From Amoebophrya sp. A120 (taxonomy: Eukaryota > Protista > Dinoflagellata), in NCBI GenBank assembly GCA_905178155.1, contig CAJINV010000002.1:5994476-6058475 (forward strand): a stretch of DNA of 64,000 nt, read 5' to 3'. The notes beneath the pieces are model-generated. The model saw nothing but the letters and a program-made list of their open reading frames with translations, did not search any database and was not told where the DNA came from. The position numbers and the translations under genes were made by a program. This document shows positions 60,817 to 64,000 of this stretch, one piece after another; the first letter of the stretch is position 1; each line of letters begins with the position of its first letter.

Positions 60817-62116
60817 TATCCAGAGAAAAACACCCATCCCCATCCATTTTGCTATTTTTTCAACAAAAAAAAACAAGTTTTTTTTCAAAAAATTTTAAGG
60901 GTTTTCATCAATCGGCATCGGAAGCAATCACTTTAGTGCTGACATAGCTAAAGTGGCGTCATAGCTAAGAACTTTTGACATGAATTAAAGTAGCTAGGTC
61001 CATCGCAGGTCATCGCAGCAGGCGACGACTTCCAGATCCTGCAGAAGCCTCTTTTCGCCGCCGCGCATCGACTCTGGCCCCATCGCTTGGCCCATTTTGT
61101 AGTGGCCATATCGCCATGCCACCGCGTCGCCACATGGGATGAACGCGACGGACCTGGGATGGATTTTGACATGTGCTCTCCTTTCGGTTCGAGTGGATAA
61201 TACAAATTCCGGACGGGGAGACTTTTGCTGTTCGGCAAGGCTGCCGAAGCAAAAACTTTTTTGATTTTGTTTTTTTCCAAAAAAATTTCGTTTTTGAAAT
61301 TGACCTTGTTTTTGATGGATGATGTTTTTTCGCACGACGGTACCACAAATATTGGGTCGACCCATCCAGTCCATTTTCTTTTAGAAGTGGCTGGATGGGT
61401 CGAAGCAATATTTGTGGTACCGTCGTGCGAAAAAACATCATCCACAAATTCTAGTGTCATTTTGAAAATTGCAACAATTCCTACTTTTTTGTGGATGATG
61501 TTTTTTCGCACGACGGTACCACAAATATTGCCTCGACCCATCCAGCCATTTCTAAAAGAAAATGGACTGGATGGGTCGATCCAATATTTGTGGTACCGTC
61601 GTGCGAAAAAACATCATCCATCAAAAAAGTGAGCATTTTCAAAAACGTGGCATTTTTTTGCAAAAAAAAAAAAATGCTTTTTTTTTCGTGAGCTGGAACG
61701 CAAGATCTGCTCTGCAATTATCGATGATAATTGCGCAGCTGGTGCTGCTCCCGCTAATTCCAATGGTGCAGCCGCGGCGTTCTTGGCGGGTTGTCCTCTA
61801 CCTCTGGGTATCTGTGCGTGACTGCGCCAAAAGTTCAAAACCTCCATGGGGCCAGAGGTGCCCAACGACGAGAACGGGCTTCGGCGAGTTGTATTTCTCG
61901 GTCGTGGTTCGGATCTCGGTTTCAGCTAGCTACCTCAAAATCACTTAGCGAAAGTATGTGCCACTGACGCCACTAGCTAGCTCCATCAATTAGTACTTCT
62001 CGCAAATGCCATGCAAAAAATATTTCGGAGTTTTTTATTTCTTTATTTATTTTTCATGATTTTTTTGCATTGAAAAAATGGCAAAATGGATGGGGATGGG
62101 TGTTTTTTTCTGGATA
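60817..62116. mobile_element. 1300-bp intergenic non-autonomous DNA transposon with TAT..ATA termini and 5-bp TSD
   Basis: 47-bp TIR tatccaga(g/a)aaaaacacccatccccatccattttgc(t/c)attttttcaa. Perfect TSD tgcac (60812-60816 / 62117-62121). Confidence 0.92.
61316..61620. repeat. Two 129-bp near-perfect palindromes, themselves in inverted orientation
   Basis: 61316-61444 and 61492-61620 each have arms tggatgatgttttttcgcacgacggtaccacaaatattg; the loops are reverse complements of each other. Confidence 0.92.
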
Positions 62117-62688
62117 TGCACAGGTTCCATGCTATGAATGATCTCGCGTGGGTTGGCTCGTTAAAAAAATCATATACAGAGTTGTTTTTCATACACGTGA
62201 TTGCAATTGAAATGCGTTGCTTCCGTCTTGATATTTACGCTACCATGATCCCATCCTGCATTCAATATGTATATGTATATGCGCTGCACACACAGGAGCT
62301 CCAGACACAGTCATCTACAAGCCTGCGTGTGCTTGCTCGTGCAGCACATAACGCTTGTATCACATGGCTCGATGGTGCCAAGGAGATTTTCGCAGAAATA
62401 CTTTCTCCCTAGCAGTGCGTGGTCACCAATACGAATACCAGCCAAAATACATGCAGCATTGATGGTACAAACGAGATATGACATGACTCCATGAATAGTT
62501 TTTGCTTTAGAGCCGTTAGGTACTATCCGTCGTTTTGAAAAGTAAGAGTTGCATTTGAATCATTTTTCCAGAGTTGAGCCGAGGTGGCTTTGATCAACAT
62601 AAATATCGAAGAACTTCTAGAGAGGTTGCAGTACACAGCCGGCTTATGAAGTGGGAACTTTCTTCTACCGCCAATCGCGTTCCGATAT

Positions 62689-64000
62689 TTAAGCGCCCAT
62701 CTTGAGTTCCTTGAGCTTGTCGACGGTTTCTTGGAAAAATTTCTCGTCGGACTGCACGTACATCATGCCCAACAAAGCCAGGCACTGCGCGGCGTCGGTA
62801 TCCTCGACAGAGTCGAAGACGGACTTTTTGATGCTGACCGGCCCGTAGGTAACCTGTGCGTCGCGGCCCCACTCGACCAAGGTCTTCGTGTCCAGGATCT
62901 TCAGGAGGGCTTTACCTGTGAATAGAAGGAAGCGGTGCAATGATAGATAGGCGCTGTTGATGGAGGGGTAAAACCTTACTTCTCGTGTGCTCACGTCAGC
63001 CGTCGAAGTTGGTCTGTTCTAAATGAGAACAATTTGCACTGAATCGAGGCGACCGGCCCCTTTGCAGCTATTCGCCCAAAAAAGATGTTGACCGTAGAGA
63101 GAGTCACTTCTGAACAAAAAGAAATGAAAAACGCAATATATTAATTTCGCTTGAAAAATAAACAAAGCTCTTCACGTAATTATACCGAAGTCATCCTCCT
63201 CCGGCTTCATGCCGAGCCAGTTCATCTTTTCGGCGAGGGCCTCGAAGGGGGAGGCGGAGGCGTGCACCGCGTTGTCGCCGACATTCGGGACGGACTCCAG
63301 GCCGTATTCCTTATGGATGTGTCAGGATCGAAATCGGCACAATTGAAAAATTTGTGATGCATAAAATGTAGAGCACTGAAGGCCTGTATTGGGGAGCAGG
63401 CATCTGAGACCGATTGCGATCCTGTTTAGGGGTATGCAGCGCGCTGCCAGAGTAGCATGACAGGAGCAGTCTTCTTTGCCCAAACAGCATGACAGACTGG
63501 ATTTTGGGGCTCCCGAAATTTGTCATGCGCCACTTGGAAACTGAGGCTCCAACTGTCATCGATTTTGTGCATCACAAATTTTTCGACTTTGTCAATTTCG
63601 ATCCTGACATTCCCATATTCCTTCCAGTTCTTGTAGAACATGCCGCGCAGAGAGTCCTCCGGAGCGGTCACCGGATCGGTCGGCCCGAGGGCTTGGCCTG
63701 ATGAATTAGTATAATTTGCGTTGATATTGGGTGGCGTCTACTTCTACAACAAACTGTTGGCAGACTACATTTCTCGTACTTACTAGGTAGTCTCAAGTAT
63801 CTTTCGGGTCATGCTGGTCACTAACGTATGAAACTCCTTTAGCAATTACAGCAACACAAATTCTACTCCCTCAAACATCAAAGTGAGAAAGGTAGCCTTA
63901 AATACCACGGAATTCTTCCCAGCTGAGGTTCTTGGAGTCCCATTCGACGACGAAGTAGTACAGGGAAGCGGATTCAACGACGTAATTGCTGCGCATGCTC
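62689..64000 (-). CDS. Nucleoside diphosphate kinase-like protein (5' part outside window); canonical introns 62916-63185 and 63699-63905 plus one introner
   Basis: Spliced SWEEFRGQALGPTDPVTAPEDSLRG...PNVGDNAVHASASPFEALAE, with the NDPK catalytic His motif. Confidence 0.8.
63312..63617. mobile_element. Introner
   Basis: ~49-bp TIR tatgg...tgtcaggatcgaaat.g.ca.a.t.gaaaaatttgtgatgca. Perfect TSD ttcct. Removing 311 nt gives WKEYGLESVPNVGDN. Confidence 0.92.

Noticed and set aside
61316-61620. Repeats considered as a CRISPR array
   Set aside because: Units alternate in orientation, spacers are not unique, there are no cas genes, and the context is eukaryotic.

Overview
This is eukaryotic, intron-containing DNA. 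It most resembles the syndinean dinoflagellate parasite Amoebophrya; that assignment is inferred from co-oriented genes, low-complexity-rich proteins and repeat-bounded non-canonical introns. About 19 protein-coding genes can be reconstructed, all on the minus strand. They include a COMT-like methyltransferase, NEK-like kinase, BCS1-like AAA ATPase, FAXDC2/sterol-desaturase-like protein, TrmO/TsaA, exostosin/GT47, a Kir-like channel, an NDPK-like protein, a probably secreted PARG/macrodomain-like protein and two His/Lys-rich secreted proteins. The main signal is a set of 26 hand-delimited introner-type insertions (145-337 bp, plus one of 1367 bp) that follow one rule. Their termini are usually 5'-TAT...ATA-3' with family-specific terminal inverted repeats (TIRs), flanked by a 5-bp target-site duplication (TSD). 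Removing the element plus exactly 5 nt restores the reading frame in all 26 cases, yet only one has a possible GT-AG register. Members of three families sit in both orientations relative to their host transcripts, and most share a GCAT(C/G/T)ACA(A/G) motif. A 1.3-kb intergenic DNA transposon (60817-62116) has the same TAT...ATA termini and a perfect 5-bp TSD, which points to the mobilising family. All coordinates were derived by eye, with no RNA data or database searches.
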